From an uncultured Candidatus Sumerlaeota bacterium (lineage in GTDB: Bacteria > Sumerlaeota > Sumerlaeia > SLMS01): a stretch of DNA of 64,000 nucleotides. The translations under genes and the position numbers were made by a program. A model generated the notes under the pieces. The model saw only the letters and a program-made list of their open reading frames with translations. It was not told the DNA's origin and made no database searches. Positions 10,233 through 20,323 of the stretch are shown here, piece after piece; within the stretch, counting starts at the first letter, position 1, and every line of letters starts with the position of its first letter. The stretch covers positions 76,201-140,200 of the forward strand of contig CAYTGM010000003.1 of the NCBI GenBank assembly GCA_964437365.1. Direction: 5' to 3'.

Positions 10233-10464
10233 TATTCTCTAGATCCAATCTTTGGTCTTTTACTACTATTGGGCGAGGCTCTTCTGCGCGAAACCGATAG
10301 CACCTGGTATAGCCGGTTATCCATCTTGTAATGGATCATCCTAAGGGACCATTTAAGCCAGCAGATTTACCTTATCGACCTCGCTTCCTTAATACATTAA
10401 AAGCACATCAACATTCATTTGTTCTTCATTTTCTCTTCGATAGGTTTAATGCCTCAAACCACAA

Positions 10465-12387
10465 TCACATAAACGATCGGCGGCAGTAGATGCCCCACTC
10501 AAGGAGGAGGAACCCGAGGGCCAGCATCGCCAGCCAGTGCCAGATTTCCTGCTGGGTCTTCACTTCGCCCGCGCTGGCTTCGATCACCTTGTCGGCAATC
10601 TGGAGTTCGTCGACGACCTTGGTGTCGCTTTCCAGGAGAGAAATTGCATTAATAGGAATGGTCTGGACGGAGCCGTCGTCGTAAGAAACGGTGTATAGAC
10701 CGCGCTCTTCCGTTTGAGTCAGATAGATTGTCGACTGACCTTCAAGATCGTATTCGATGACGTCTCCCGAAGGTGTTTGTATTTCTGCGGTGGCGGCGTC
10801 TCTTGGAGGAATAATAGGTATCGTTTCACCAGTGGTGAAGGCGGCCTTGGTGCTGGATGACCCTGTACGCGACCAGTAATCAACAACGTTCGACATGAAG
10901 ATCGGAAAGGAACGATCCACAGGCCAGTAGCTGAGATTAATATCAAAACCGATCACCAGGATCTTCTGAACATCCGTTTCATGATAATTGATAATGTCGC
11001 CATCAATGGCTTCGACCAGTGACACGGAGCCCTGAGGATGGTTAAAGTTCAGCATCTCGCCAATGATTAGTCGTTCAAAGTTACAATCCTTTGTTATAGG
11101 GTGAACGAGTGACCAGTCGATCACCTGGGGCTGCGTAATACGATCACCTCTTGCCGTATAGCCATTCCCGTCGGGTGGCAGGGCGTTAACAAAAATATAA
11201 TTCCCGGGTGCGATCGATGGAGGCGAGAAGCCATCAAAGACGGTTATATCGTAATCATCTTTCGGGGTATACTCAGCAGGACGAACAACTTCCACAGTCG
11301 TCTTGCTATCGACTGCGAAGTAGCGCTCAATGAAAGTTCCGCTATCAGAAACGAGTAGAACTTTCATTTCACTGGGAGGAGCAATATTCGCATAGACGAT
11401 ATCATCAAGTTCGTAGGAGTCAGAGTGATCCGTAATCATCAAAGTTGCAAGACCGCGCACATCCTCGCCAACGGTAAAGACAACGTTTCCGGTTTCGCGT
11501 GGCTCAATATTGACTTTCTTGATGTCGAGCAATTCCCCCTGCACCTGAAGCTCAACAAAGACTTCTTCCTCAATATCGCGAGAGTTCAGAATCGTGGCGA
11601 AAACCTGGTACTCAAACTGCCCGGTGAATGATTCGCGCACATCGATGGAGGCAAAGCCCACATTGTCTTCCACTTCACCGACGGAAGTATAGTCGAGGTT
11701 CACCACATCAACAAGAGAGGAGACAGTCGGTCCGAGGCCTCCATCGCTGATAAGGATGACGCGAGCGTTTTCGTTTGGTTCGAGCGCCCCTTCTCTCACA
11801 ACCATGGTTTTCTCTTCAAGAATATATCCCAGGTCAGTGAGATCAGCTTCTGTATCCATTGGTTCGATAGAGGCAACAGCAGCCCGAAGTGCCGACTTAT
11901 CCTGGGTCATTGGTTGAAGAGGAACCGGTTTTCCGGCAAAACCCATGACCATCATTTCGTCGCGTGAAGTGAGTCTTGCCAACATGGTCTCGCCGGTGCT
12001 CATGCCGTCGATGGCATCATAAGCTAGATCTCTCGCTTTATCCAGTCGTGTTCTGCCATCGTCTTCGACGGTCTGCATACTGGCAGACATGTCGACGAGG
12101 AGGATAATCGACTTACCGCCGAGTCCTGATAGACGCAGCAGAGGTCTTGCAAGTGCTGCTACAAGAATGAGCAAAATAAGAAGCTGGATCCAGAGGAGTA
12201 AATTATTTCGAAGACGCTGAAACGGTGCGTTGGCAATCATGTCCTGGACAGAACGACGCCACAGAAGTGTAGAAGGAACGATCTCCGGCTTTCTCTTCAA
12301 CTTGAGCAGATAGAGAACAATGATCACAGGCGCGAGTGCCAGGAGTCCAAACATACCCGGAAGCAAAAAGGCGGAGAAAAAATTCAT
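10465..12387 (-). CDS. BatA-like VWA domain membrane protein (aerotolerance-regulator N-terminal domain plus von Willebrand A).
   Basis: N-terminal TM helices with a BatA-type motif, and a VWA MIDAS motif (LLVDMSASM). The start is probably the internal ATG at 12387 (MNFFSAFLLPG...), which abuts the DUF58 stop. The ORF-track start at 12486 would overlap by 100 nt. Confidence 0.75.
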   Translation of the reverse strand: MNFFSAFLLPGMFGLLALAPVIIVLYLLKLKRKPEIVPSTLLWRRSVQDMIANAPFQRLRNNLLLWIQLLILLILVAALARPLLRLSGLGGKSIILLVDMSASMQTVEDDGRTRLDKARDLAYDAIDGMSTGETMLARLTSRDEMMVMGFAGKPVPLQPMTQDKSALRAAVASIEPMDTEADLTDLGYILEEKTMVVREGALEPNENARVILISDGGLGPTVSSLVDVVNLDYTSVGEVEDNVGFASIDVRESFTGQFEYQVFATILNSRDIEEEVFVELQVQGELLDIKKVNIEPRETGNVVFTVGEDVRGLATLMITDHSDSYELDDIVYANIAPPSEMKVLLVSDSGTFIERYFAVDSKTTVEVVRPAEYTPKDDYDITVFDGFSPPSIAPGNYIFVNALPPDGNGYTARGDRITQPQVIDWSLVHPITKDCNFERLIIGEMLNFNHPQGSVSLVEAIDGDIINYHETDVQKILVIGFDINLSYWPVDRSFPIFMSNVVDYWSRTGSSSTKAAFTTGETIPIIPPRDAATAEIQTPSGDVIEYDLEGQSTIYLTQTEERGLYTVSYDDGSVQTIPINAISLLESDTKVVDELQIADKVIEASAGEVKTQQEIWHWLAMLALGFLLLEWGIYCRRSFM

Positions 12388-13277
12388 CGAAGCAACCCCT
12401 TCTTTCGCAGGTAGTTCAGCAGCATCTGTTCGATGGGCTCGTCTGTTTGTGCGGGCAGATATGTCATTCCACGGGATATAGTCCAATCACGTATAGAAGC
12501 GCAGAAGGTTTCGAGAGTTTTCTCGTAGTGCTTTACGAGCGTTTCTGTGACGGAAATTTCCTGTGGCTCGCCGGTTTCGGCGTCGATGAGTTCGAGGTGG
12601 CCACCCACCTCTGGCTTTCTTTCCTGAGGAGAAAGAACATGGATGCAATAAACCTCATAGTTGCGCATGAAGAAATACTTGAGAGATTCTTCAACGCCCT
12701 GTTCGTCCAGGAAGTCAGTGATGAGGATGACAACCCCGGACTGACTGTTTCTATTCACAAAATCACGGATCGAATCACCAAGACTTGTTCTGTCTCCTGG
12801 CTCAAGAGCAGCAATCTGGTTTAACAGTTTTGGAAGCTGGGCTTTTCCTCGCGCGGGGCGCAGAACATCCTGAGCTCTTTCATTAAAGGCGGTGACGCCA
12901 ACTTTGTCCTGATTCTTCAGGACGATATATCCGAGAGCCGCGGCGATTTTCTGCGCGTACTCAAACTTGGTGATGGGTTTGCCGAAGTCCATGGACTTGG
13001 ACGAATCAATGACCAGGTAAAAGGCCAGGTCTTCTTCTTCCAGAAAGAGTTTGATGAAGAGTCGTTCAAGACGAGCAAAAATGTTCCAGTCGATGAAACG
13101 CGTATCATCACCACGAACGTAGTCACGATAATCAGCAAACTCGACCGATGTTCCCTTTCGACGGGAACGTCTTTCTCCTTTTTGTCCTCCGCGGAAGACA
13201 CGATGCGTCAGAACTTCCAGCGCGTCTAGACGGGAGAGGAGTTTGGGATCGAGGAGTGATTTCGGGTCTACGGCCAT
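12384..13277 (-). CDS. DUF58 domain protein (VWA-like partner of MoxR).
   Basis: The DUF58 signature region GERRSRRKGTSVEFADYRDYVRGDDTRFIDWNIFARLERLFIKLF. It lies immediately downstream of the MoxR ATPase gene. Confidence 0.8.
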   Translation of the reverse strand: MAVDPKSLLDPKLLSRLDALEVLTHRVFRGGQKGERRSRRKGTSVEFADYRDYVRGDDTRFIDWNIFARLERLFIKLFLEEEDLAFYLVIDSSKSMDFGKPITKFEYAQKIAAALGYIVLKNQDKVGVTAFNERAQDVLRPARGKAQLPKLLNQIAALEPGDRTSLGDSIRDFVNRNSQSGVVILITDFLDEQGVEESLKYFFMRNYEVYCIHVLSPQERKPEVGGHLELIDAETGEPQEISVTETLVKHYEKTLETFCASIRDWTISRGMTYLPAQTDEPIEQMLLNYLRKKGLLR

Positions 13278-13298
13278 TAGAACCAGCTTTCTCTAATC

Positions 13299-14312
13299 TT
13301 ATCCTGCAACCAGGTCTTTCGTTTCTCTTGGAAGAGTGTTCAGTATCTCGTTGAGTACATCGTCAGCAGTAACACCTTCGGCATCTGCTTCGAAATTCAT
13401 CACAAGACGGTGGCGAAGAGCAGGGAGTGCGATGGCAGCTATATCTGCAAACGCGACGTTATATCTCTCTGCACGGAGAGCCTTAATCTTAGCCCCCATG
13501 ATGATCGACTGAGCACCGCGGGGAGAACTGCCCACGCGCACGTACTGTTTGACCATCTCCGTTGCGTATTCTGTTTCCGGGTGAGTCGCGAGAACCAGTC
13601 TCACTGCGTAATCCTGAACATGTGGTGCCACGATGATCTCGCGCACAAAACCCATCCAACGCAGAATTGTTTCGCGATCAACGATCTTCTGCGGATTGGG
13701 AACGTCTTTCGTCGTTGTTCTATCCAGGATCGTTGAGAGTTCCTGTCTGCCGGGGAAAGGAACGAGGAGTTTGAAAAGAAAACGGTCAAGCTGGGCTTCG
13801 GGAAGTGGATAAGTTCCTTCCATTTCCAGAGGGTTCTGAGTCGCCAGAACAAAGAAAGGCTGATCAAGTGTATAGCGCTTCCCGGCGACGGTAACCTGCT
13901 TTTCCTGCATACATTCAAGCATGGCAGACTGTGTTTTCGGTGTTGCACGGTTAATTTCATCGGCGAGACAAAGGTTTGTAAAGATTGGACCGGGTTCGAA
14001 CTGAAGGGACCGTCGACCCGTTTCTGAGTCTTCCTGGACAACGTTCGTTCCCACAATATCAGCAGGCATCAGGTCGGGCGTAAACTGAATACGGTTGAAT
14101 GGAAGATCTAGAACTTCACCAAGTGTTCGGACCAGCATCGTCTTACCTAGACCGGGAACCCCTTCCAGCAGGACGTGACCGCCAGCGAAGAGTGAGGTGA
14201 GAACGCCTTCAATGATGGGAGTATTCCCAACAATCATTTTCTGAGTTTCAGAGAGAAGCTTTTCAAAGACCTCTCTAAATTCTTTTGCCTGTCGTTCCAT
14301 TTCAGCGCTCAT
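13299..14312 (-). CDS. moxR: MoxR-family AAA+ ATPase.
   Basis: Walker A GVPGLGKT, then TPDLMPADIVGT, a Walker B/sensor region, and a C-terminal region typical of the MoxR/RavA subfamily. Confidence 0.9.
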   Translation of the reverse strand: MSAEMERQAKEFREVFEKLLSETQKMIVGNTPIIEGVLTSLFAGGHVLLEGVPGLGKTMLVRTLGEVLDLPFNRIQFTPDLMPADIVGTNVVQEDSETGRRSLQFEPGPIFTNLCLADEINRATPKTQSAMLECMQEKQVTVAGKRYTLDQPFFVLATQNPLEMEGTYPLPEAQLDRFLFKLLVPFPGRQELSTILDRTTTKDVPNPQKIVDRETILRWMGFVREIIVAPHVQDYAVRLVLATHPETEYATEMVKQYVRVGSSPRGAQSIIMGAKIKALRAERYNVAFADIAAIALPALRHRLVMNFEADAEGVTADDVLNEILNTLPRETKDLVAG

Positions 14313-14335
14313 TGTGTATACCTTTCTTTCTGGTC

Positions 14336-17278
14336 CTATTTCTTCCTGCGTTGTTGTGCGCGTTTCTTAGCTTCCATGAGGGCACTCATGCCGCCCTGCT
14401 GCGGTTTGTTTGACTTATTGCCATCGTCGGCAGTGACGGTCTGCTTGCGGTCCCTGACAGCAGGCGCTGCATCTTTACGTTCTTCGAAGACGCTTCCTGT
14501 ACTCTTGCCATCTTGAGATTTCTGAGCAAGCCGCTCGCGGAATTCCTTGCGAGCCTCTTTCTCTTTCTTCTCTTCATCACGATCTTTCAAAGCGCGAGAC
14601 TTGGCTTCTTTGAGACCAGCCAGGCGACCTTGCTGAGCTTCTGCATCTTTCGCTTTTCTTCTGATTGAGAACTTCTCTTTGATCCACAGCGCAACGTCTG
14701 CAGCACTGAGATAGACACGACGGAAGAAGATATCTACTGGAAGAAGAACCGTTCCTAACAACAGAAGCCATGGCCAGAGAGGGATGGGCCGTTGAGCAGG
14801 AACGAGATCGCGAGTGTAAGGGTTATAGCTTTCTATATCTTCTTCAATGAACTTGCCATTTGTGGCTTCGCTGATCTTCTGGAGAAACTCAGGAGCGCTG
14901 CGACTTGTTTCGTATTCAGGTGAATAAGAAAGTGAAACGCCGCTGGTGAGGAACTGAGGAGTTGTTCCTTCCTCTTCTTCAGTGACCATACTGACCATGT
15001 ATGTACCAACTTCGTCAGCGGGAAACTCTCCTTCATAACGTCCGGGAGCAACCTGACTGACAGTGACTTTCTGAGGTTCGAAGTCAGGCCCGATGACCGT
15101 GGTTTCAAAGTCGATGAAGTTCTGAAAGTTTCCTTCTTCATCAACAGCATCGACGACAATCTTACCTTTTCCACCGTCTATCTGTGTTGTAATATCAAAG
15201 TTAGGATTGTTCGTTTCGCGCAGTGACCAGCGAATAACCTGCGCCCAGAATTTCGCGAAAGTCTGACTGGCAACCCAGTTTGTCGCCCACTTGTCTTTAG
15301 CGTCTGAAGTAAAGGCGACAGATTTACCAAGACCGTAACGCCAGTGAACAAGAAGTGGATCTTCGAACTCTGTAGAGAGAGCTTCGATCGCCAGGTCTTT
15401 TGTCGTTGTAATGACATAGCCATCAAGCGGTGGGAACCCACTCATGCCGAGGATTGTTTCACTTGGTGCTCCTCGGCGTGGAGTAAAGGTCTCTTCCCTG
15501 ATGAGAGATTTCCGAACAATGGTCGCTTCCTTTGTGAATATACGCGGGAGCTCGCTGTTGGTCTGAGGGTAGTAGTAGTTCCCTTTTCCCCAGAAGGCCA
15601 TGTCTTTGAGGGACTGAACAGTTCTTGGATCGTGTGGGCTAACGGCAACGCCGGAAACAGTGATGCCTGCTCCGGTGATTTTATTAACCGTAGATTGTGT
15701 TGGAGGTGCAGGGTCACCATCGCTGATGACAACAATGTGTTTTGTCTGCGCGTTCACCTTGATCAGCTCATCAGCCGCCATGCGCAGAAGACCATCGAAG
15801 GCCTGGGCATCCATGGGCTGTACGCCTTTGATGGCGGTTCTCATAGCGCGTTTGTCTCCGACTTTTTGAAGTCCGGGACTCCAGAGCCATGTTTCCCCCC
15901 AACCGCCTCCCGCTGGATTGTTTCCGATATAGTTAAGACCAAAGTAGTCCTGAGCAGATAGAACGTTTAGAGAAGCGAGTGATATTTCTCTCGCCCAATC
16001 GTTGCCTCTTCCCATTTCCGCAGTATGAAGAGTGACAACGAGAGCTCCGTTTGGAAGAAGCTTCTTCTGCTTAATATCCATGGATACAGGCAGTGCTTTT
16101 TCGATCGGTGTATCAATATAGCCACCTGCCCCAAAGGAATTAACGCCACCGATCATAACAAGACCAACACCAAGGTCATGAACGCTGCGTTCGATCATCT
16201 GCATCTGAGCAACGCTCATATTACTGGCTGCGACATTTGAAAGGATCAGTGTATCATAGCGTTGAAGGTCTTCAAAAGTTGTTGGCATCTGAGTTGGAAG
16301 CATAAACTCGGCATCTATACTTTCAGCTTGAAGGGCTCCCAGAAGGTAACGCGCATCCCGTGTTGGATCCTGACTGCCATCAACAATGAGGACCTTAGGC
16401 TCTGACTTCAGGTAAGTAAAAGCTTTTGACGAGTTATTTTGAGGTCTTGAATCGCCCTGAACTTCAATTGTTGCAGAGTAATTGTGGAAACCGCCTTCTT
16501 CGAGGCGGCGAGAAATAACAAGGGGCGGGTTTCTGCCGGGACTGACTCGCACAGTATCTTCAACAATAAGCTGATCATCCTCGTAGATGCGCAGCAACCC
16601 CTGGGCTTCCTGTTCCGACTCAAGATAGACCTTTAGATCGAAGGGAGCTTCTTTGGAAGTTCTCTGGGGAACTACGACTTTTTCCAGCCTGACATCGTTA
16701 CGACTGTCATAGTTGAGAGGTATAACATCGACGGGAATGCCATTATTGGCAGCTATACGAGCGACTTCGATTGAAGAACCAAGGTTTTCATTTCCGTCAC
16801 TGAGGAGCACCATGCGGCGCATCCGATCTGCCGGAAAGGTGGCGAGTGCAAGACGCATAGCGGCGGCGATATCTGTGCGCTCCTCTGGTACCGTTGAGCG
16901 CAGGACACCTTCAAAGTCGAAGCCGGGGACCGGGGAGGTTTCCATGGAGGGTCGTTGCCCGAAGACAATGACACCAGACTGGTCTTTGGTGGTCGCTTTT
17001 TCGGAAAGGGTCTCGATTAGTTCAACCTGACTGGTTTGCAGATTCGAGGGTATAGATTCAGAACGATCGACCAGATAGAAGACAGCCAGATCCCTTGAAG
17101 TTTTTCTCCACTCTACTTTCGAAAGTGCGAAGATGATGCAAAGGAGCATCAGCGTCCTGACCGCAATGATAGTGTAGCGTCTACCGGGAGAGATGAGCTT
17201 CAGGCGCTTTGACATCCACCAGAAAAGAGGGATGAGCAGGAGTAGCCATAGATAGACGGGATCGGCAAATCGTATCAC
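14336..17278 (-). CDS. Large VWA-domain membrane protein with a BatA-like N-terminus, 980 aa.
   Basis: N-terminal MIRFADPVYLWLLLLIPLFWW (BatA N-terminal type). VWA MIDAS motif (YLVDRSESI), and a second alpha/beta VWA-like or amidotransferase-like region. The C-terminal tail is rich in K/E. Confidence 0.75.
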   Translation of the reverse strand: MIRFADPVYLWLLLLIPLFWWMSKRLKLISPGRRYTIIAVRTLMLLCIIFALSKVEWRKTSRDLAVFYLVDRSESIPSNLQTSQVELIETLSEKATTKDQSGVIVFGQRPSMETSPVPGFDFEGVLRSTVPEERTDIAAAMRLALATFPADRMRRMVLLSDGNENLGSSIEVARIAANNGIPVDVIPLNYDSRNDVRLEKVVVPQRTSKEAPFDLKVYLESEQEAQGLLRIYEDDQLIVEDTVRVSPGRNPPLVISRRLEEGGFHNYSATIEVQGDSRPQNNSSKAFTYLKSEPKVLIVDGSQDPTRDARYLLGALQAESIDAEFMLPTQMPTTFEDLQRYDTLILSNVAASNMSVAQMQMIERSVHDLGVGLVMIGGVNSFGAGGYIDTPIEKALPVSMDIKQKKLLPNGALVVTLHTAEMGRGNDWAREISLASLNVLSAQDYFGLNYIGNNPAGGGWGETWLWSPGLQKVGDKRAMRTAIKGVQPMDAQAFDGLLRMAADELIKVNAQTKHIVVISDGDPAPPTQSTVNKITGAGITVSGVAVSPHDPRTVQSLKDMAFWGKGNYYYPQTNSELPRIFTKEATIVRKSLIREETFTPRRGAPSETILGMSGFPPLDGYVITTTKDLAIEALSTEFEDPLLVHWRYGLGKSVAFTSDAKDKWATNWVASQTFAKFWAQVIRWSLRETNNPNFDITTQIDGGKGKIVVDAVDEEGNFQNFIDFETTVIGPDFEPQKVTVSQVAPGRYEGEFPADEVGTYMVSMVTEEEEGTTPQFLTSGVSLSYSPEYETSRSAPEFLQKISEATNGKFIEEDIESYNPYTRDLVPAQRPIPLWPWLLLLGTVLLPVDIFFRRVYLSAADVALWIKEKFSIRRKAKDAEAQQGRLAGLKEAKSRALKDRDEEKKEKEARKEFRERLAQKSQDGKSTGSVFEERKDAAPAVRDRKQTVTADDGNKSNKPQQGGMSALMEAKKRAQQRRKK

Positions 17279-18360
17279 GGTTTTCGCGTTTCCTCGTCTT
17301 TATTGTTAATCGATGCCAGCTGCATTTCCGATGTGAAGTACTCTTCCGGGTTTCTCAGAATTTGAATACGATGATTGTTAGTGTCTGCAATCACCAGACT
17401 CCCATCTTCACCAACAGCACACCCCCAGGGAAGGAAGAACTCGCCCGCCCCATTTCCAGGGCCTCCCCAGTTGCCAAGAAATTCTCCATCTGGTGAATAG
17501 CGGCTTAATCGAGAGTTTTCATATTCAATGATATAGAAGGTTCCATCAGGTGCTACTGAGAGGTCTAGAGGATATTTCATCTGACCTTTCGCGCTGCCCA
17601 GTTCTCCGAACTGTCGCTTGATCTTACCATTGCGGTCATAGATATTGATCCGATGGTTTCCTGTATCCACGACATAGAGCTCTTGGGCGTCAGAGGAAAG
17701 AGAGATCGCCATGGGCCTTTCAAGTTCGAGACTTTCGTAGAGCTCACTCCCCCACTCTTCAATGAACTCTCCCTGTCGGGTGAACTTCATGATCCGACTT
17801 CTGCGACCATATTCAGTGACCCAGAGGGTTTTGCCGTCGGGGTCTGCTGTAATATCGGTTGGAAAGATAAACTGACCGGGGTCTTCCCCGGCCTCGCCGA
17901 ATTTGAAAACGAGCTCGCCTTCAGGTGTATATTTCAGTATCTGCTGATAATGAGTATCAGCGACCCAGATATCACCATCGATCGGATCAATGCTAACCCC
18001 GGTGGGTGTCCCATTGTCCCAGGCGTTCAATCGCCATTGCCGCAGAAACTCCAGCGTTTCCAGGTCATAGAGGATAATTCTACCGGTCCTGTCTATAATG
18101 ACAATTTCGTTTTCAGGTGTGACAGCAACGGCTCTCGGTTTCGAAAACTGGCCGGGCTGACGTCCGAGCTTACCCACAACATGAAGGTCATCATCGTAAA
18201 GAATTTCTCCGTCTTTTCTCTCATTGCAAGAACTGCCAAGGAAAAGAGAGCCGAGGAGCAATGAAGCAAGAAATGCTCGAGCAGTCTGACCAAGAGGACG
18301 AGTCTGTATTCTACTGCGATTCGTTTGCGTGATTCGGAGCCTGAGCCTCCCAGTTAGCAC
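17275..18360 (-). CDS. NHL-repeat (six-bladed beta-propeller) lipoprotein.
   Basis: Repeated NHL-like units (GxxGxxPGQFxxPxDI, YVVDTGNHRINIYD, LVIADTNNHRIQI). N-terminal signal with a Cys (LGSSCNE). 4-bp overlap with the downstream gene. Confidence 0.7.
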   Translation of the reverse strand: MLTGRLRLRITQTNRSRIQTRPLGQTARAFLASLLLGSLFLGSSCNERKDGEILYDDDLHVVGKLGRQPGQFSKPRAVAVTPENEIVIIDRTGRIILYDLETLEFLRQWRLNAWDNGTPTGVSIDPIDGDIWVADTHYQQILKYTPEGELVFKFGEAGEDPGQFIFPTDITADPDGKTLWVTEYGRRSRIMKFTRQGEFIEEWGSELYESLELERPMAISLSSDAQELYVVDTGNHRINIYDRNGKIKRQFGELGSAKGQMKYPLDLSVAPDGTFYIIEYENSRLSRYSPDGEFLGNWGGPGNGAGEFFLPWGCAVGEDGSLVIADTNNHRIQILRNPEEYFTSEMQLASINNKDEETRKP

Positions 18361-18397
18361 TCTACTTATTCTTTTCCTTAGTTATCTATTGAGAGAC

Positions 18398-20323
18398 TTA
18401 TTGTGCATTCTCTTCCGCGCCGAAGTTAATCGATTCGAAGTAATCGAGAACCTTATTTCTGACTCCGACGGGGATGTCTTCCTGAATAATTGTATCCGCA
18501 GCCTGCTGCTTGTAAGATTGCGGGACGCGTGAATAACTGATCTTTGATTCTCCAGGCGCTGCAGAAGCATTCGTCTCAAAGACCGCGATAATTTCTCCAT
18601 CTTCATTCTTCAGGCCTGGGATAAAGACATCCTTGAAGCCTCCAGCCATGGAGTTATCAAAAGGAACGTTGCCACCGTTACCTCGACCAGGACCACCACT
18701 TCCGAATCCTTCTTTCTGGCTTGTGCCTTCGGAAAAGACTCCCTGCATGGCAACCTGACTCTGACAGTTGCCTGCTCCACACCCGGTGCAGTTTCCTCCG
18801 GGGCAGGAGGACTTCTGGCCAGTCTGACCATTCTGCGGCGAGCTTTGAGATGGCTGCGATGAGGACTGGCCCTGTTGGCCAGGAGAGGAAGAGCTCTGAC
18901 TATTACTCCCAGAGTTCATCGCCTGAGCCATACTTTGACTCATGGATTGTTGCATCTGCGAGATCGCTTCCATCTGTTGCTGCATCTGCTGCATCTGCTG
19001 CATAGCCTGAGCTGCCTGGCTCATTGCCTGAGAAGCTTGTTGTTGACCACCCTGCTGTCCTTGCTTCTGGGCTTGAGCCTGCTGCTGTTGGCTTTGCTGA
19101 TTTCCTTGCTTGTTCCCAGCTTGTTGCTGTTGTTGCTGCTGATTCTGACCAGAGTTGGCTGACTGCTGTTGATTACCTTGCTGTTTCTGCTGCTGTCCTG
19201 ACTGGTTCTGCTTCTGATTATTCGCTTGTTGGGACTGATTCTGTTTTTGATCTTGCTGCTGGTCTTGCTGCTGATTCTGCTGTTGCTGTTTTTGTTCTGC
19301 CATTTGTTTAACAGCTTGCGCAGCTTGTTTCATCGCCTGAGCCATCTGCTGATTCTCTTGAATCTGTTCCGACAGATCCTCCAGTTCCTGCGACAATTCC
19401 TGTAACTGCTGTGTATCCATCTGCTGAAGTTGCTGAGCCATCTGGACCATTTTCTGGGCTGCCTGCTCAAAGTCCTGGTTCTTCAGATCCTTTTGAATGT
19501 CCTGCATATGTTTTGACTTTTGCAGACCCTTAATTTGCTTGAAGGGCTGAGTCTTTTTACTCATTTCATTCTTTTTGAGGCCAAGCTCGTCGTTCATCCG
19601 TGACATCTCGGCGATAGCTTCTTTGTCGTCGATGCGACCTTGAGACAAGTCCCGGGAGAGCTTCTCAAGTTTGTCAGCAAGTTTAACTTCTTTGTCTGTG
19701 CCAAGAAGCGTCTCTTCCTCCTTCTTCTCGACTTCTTCTGCGAGCCGCTTCATTTCAAGAACTATCTTTTCACGTTCTTTCTTCTCCTCAGCGGTTAACA
19801 CCTTCTTCTCCACAGTGGCTGGTGGAGGTGCTGGACTCTCGAAGAGGTTAAATTGCGGTGCGAAGAAAAGTGCGACGAGAGCAAGAGCTGGCCAAATAGA
19901 ATGCTTCGCATGAGAAGGGACCTGATACTTAAAGTCTTTTCCCACCTGAATTGAAGAAGCATACTGTTGAGCGTCTTTCTCAAGGGCCTCGAAGGCATCG
20001 CGATTGACCCCTTCTTTTCGGGAGAGCGCGAGAACAGAGGACAGTCTTTCTCTCAGGCTGAGAACCTGATCGGCTTTCATGGCTGCTTCGAAGAGGCCAA
20101 GTTTGGAGAAGGCCCCTATGATGAGAGAGATGAAGAGTGACCCACCGATAATACTGGGTATTACGACTTGGACAGGTATAGTATTTTCAAAGAGCTTAAG
20201 TGTTAGAAGGACCAGAGCGGCCAGAGAGAGACCGATAATCAGCCCCCAGAAGCTCCAGTCAAGTATTCGGAATACTTTAAGTCGGAATCGGATTTGCCGA
20301 ACTTTTTTTTCTATTTCGCTCAT
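18398..20323 (-). CDS. Membrane protein with coiled-coil, a very long Gln-rich low-complexity region and a C-terminal Cys cluster, 641 aa.
   Basis: Two N-terminal TM helices. A K/E-rich coiled coil. ~200 aa of Q/N/S-rich sequence. Then CPGGNCTGCGAGNC. Confidence 0.6.
   Translation of the reverse strand: MSEIEKKVRQIRFRLKVFRILDWSFWGLIIGLSLAALVLLTLKLFENTIPVQVVIPSIIGGSLFISLIIGAFSKLGLFEAAMKADQVLSLRERLSSVLALSRKEGVNRDAFEALEKDAQQYASSIQVGKDFKYQVPSHAKHSIWPALALVALFFAPQFNLFESPAPPPATVEKKVLTAEEKKEREKIVLEMKRLAEEVEKKEEETLLGTDKEVKLADKLEKLSRDLSQGRIDDKEAIAEMSRMNDELGLKKNEMSKKTQPFKQIKGLQKSKHMQDIQKDLKNQDFEQAAQKMVQMAQQLQQMDTQQLQELSQELEDLSEQIQENQQMAQAMKQAAQAVKQMAEQKQQQQNQQQDQQQDQKQNQSQQANNQKQNQSGQQQKQQGNQQQSANSGQNQQQQQQQAGNKQGNQQSQQQQAQAQKQGQQGGQQQASQAMSQAAQAMQQMQQMQQQMEAISQMQQSMSQSMAQAMNSGSNSQSSSSPGQQGQSSSQPSQSSPQNGQTGQKSSCPGGNCTGCGAGNCQSQVAMQGVFSEGTSQKEGFGSGGPGRGNGGNVPFDNSMAGGFKDVFIPGLKNEDGEIIAVFETNASAAPGESKISYSRVPQSYKQQAADTIIQEDIPVGVRNKVLDYFESINFGAEENAQ

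Noticed and set aside
15344-15961. 205-aa plus-strand ORF inside the 980-aa VWA gene. Similar internal or antisense ORFs occur at 13601..14056 (in moxR), 26308..26853 (in gyrB), 59852..60481 (in the carboxyltransferase), 37714..38208 (in pgeF) and 53799..54185 (in mrpD).
   Set aside because: All lie fully within longer ORFs that have clear family signatures on the opposite strand or in another frame.
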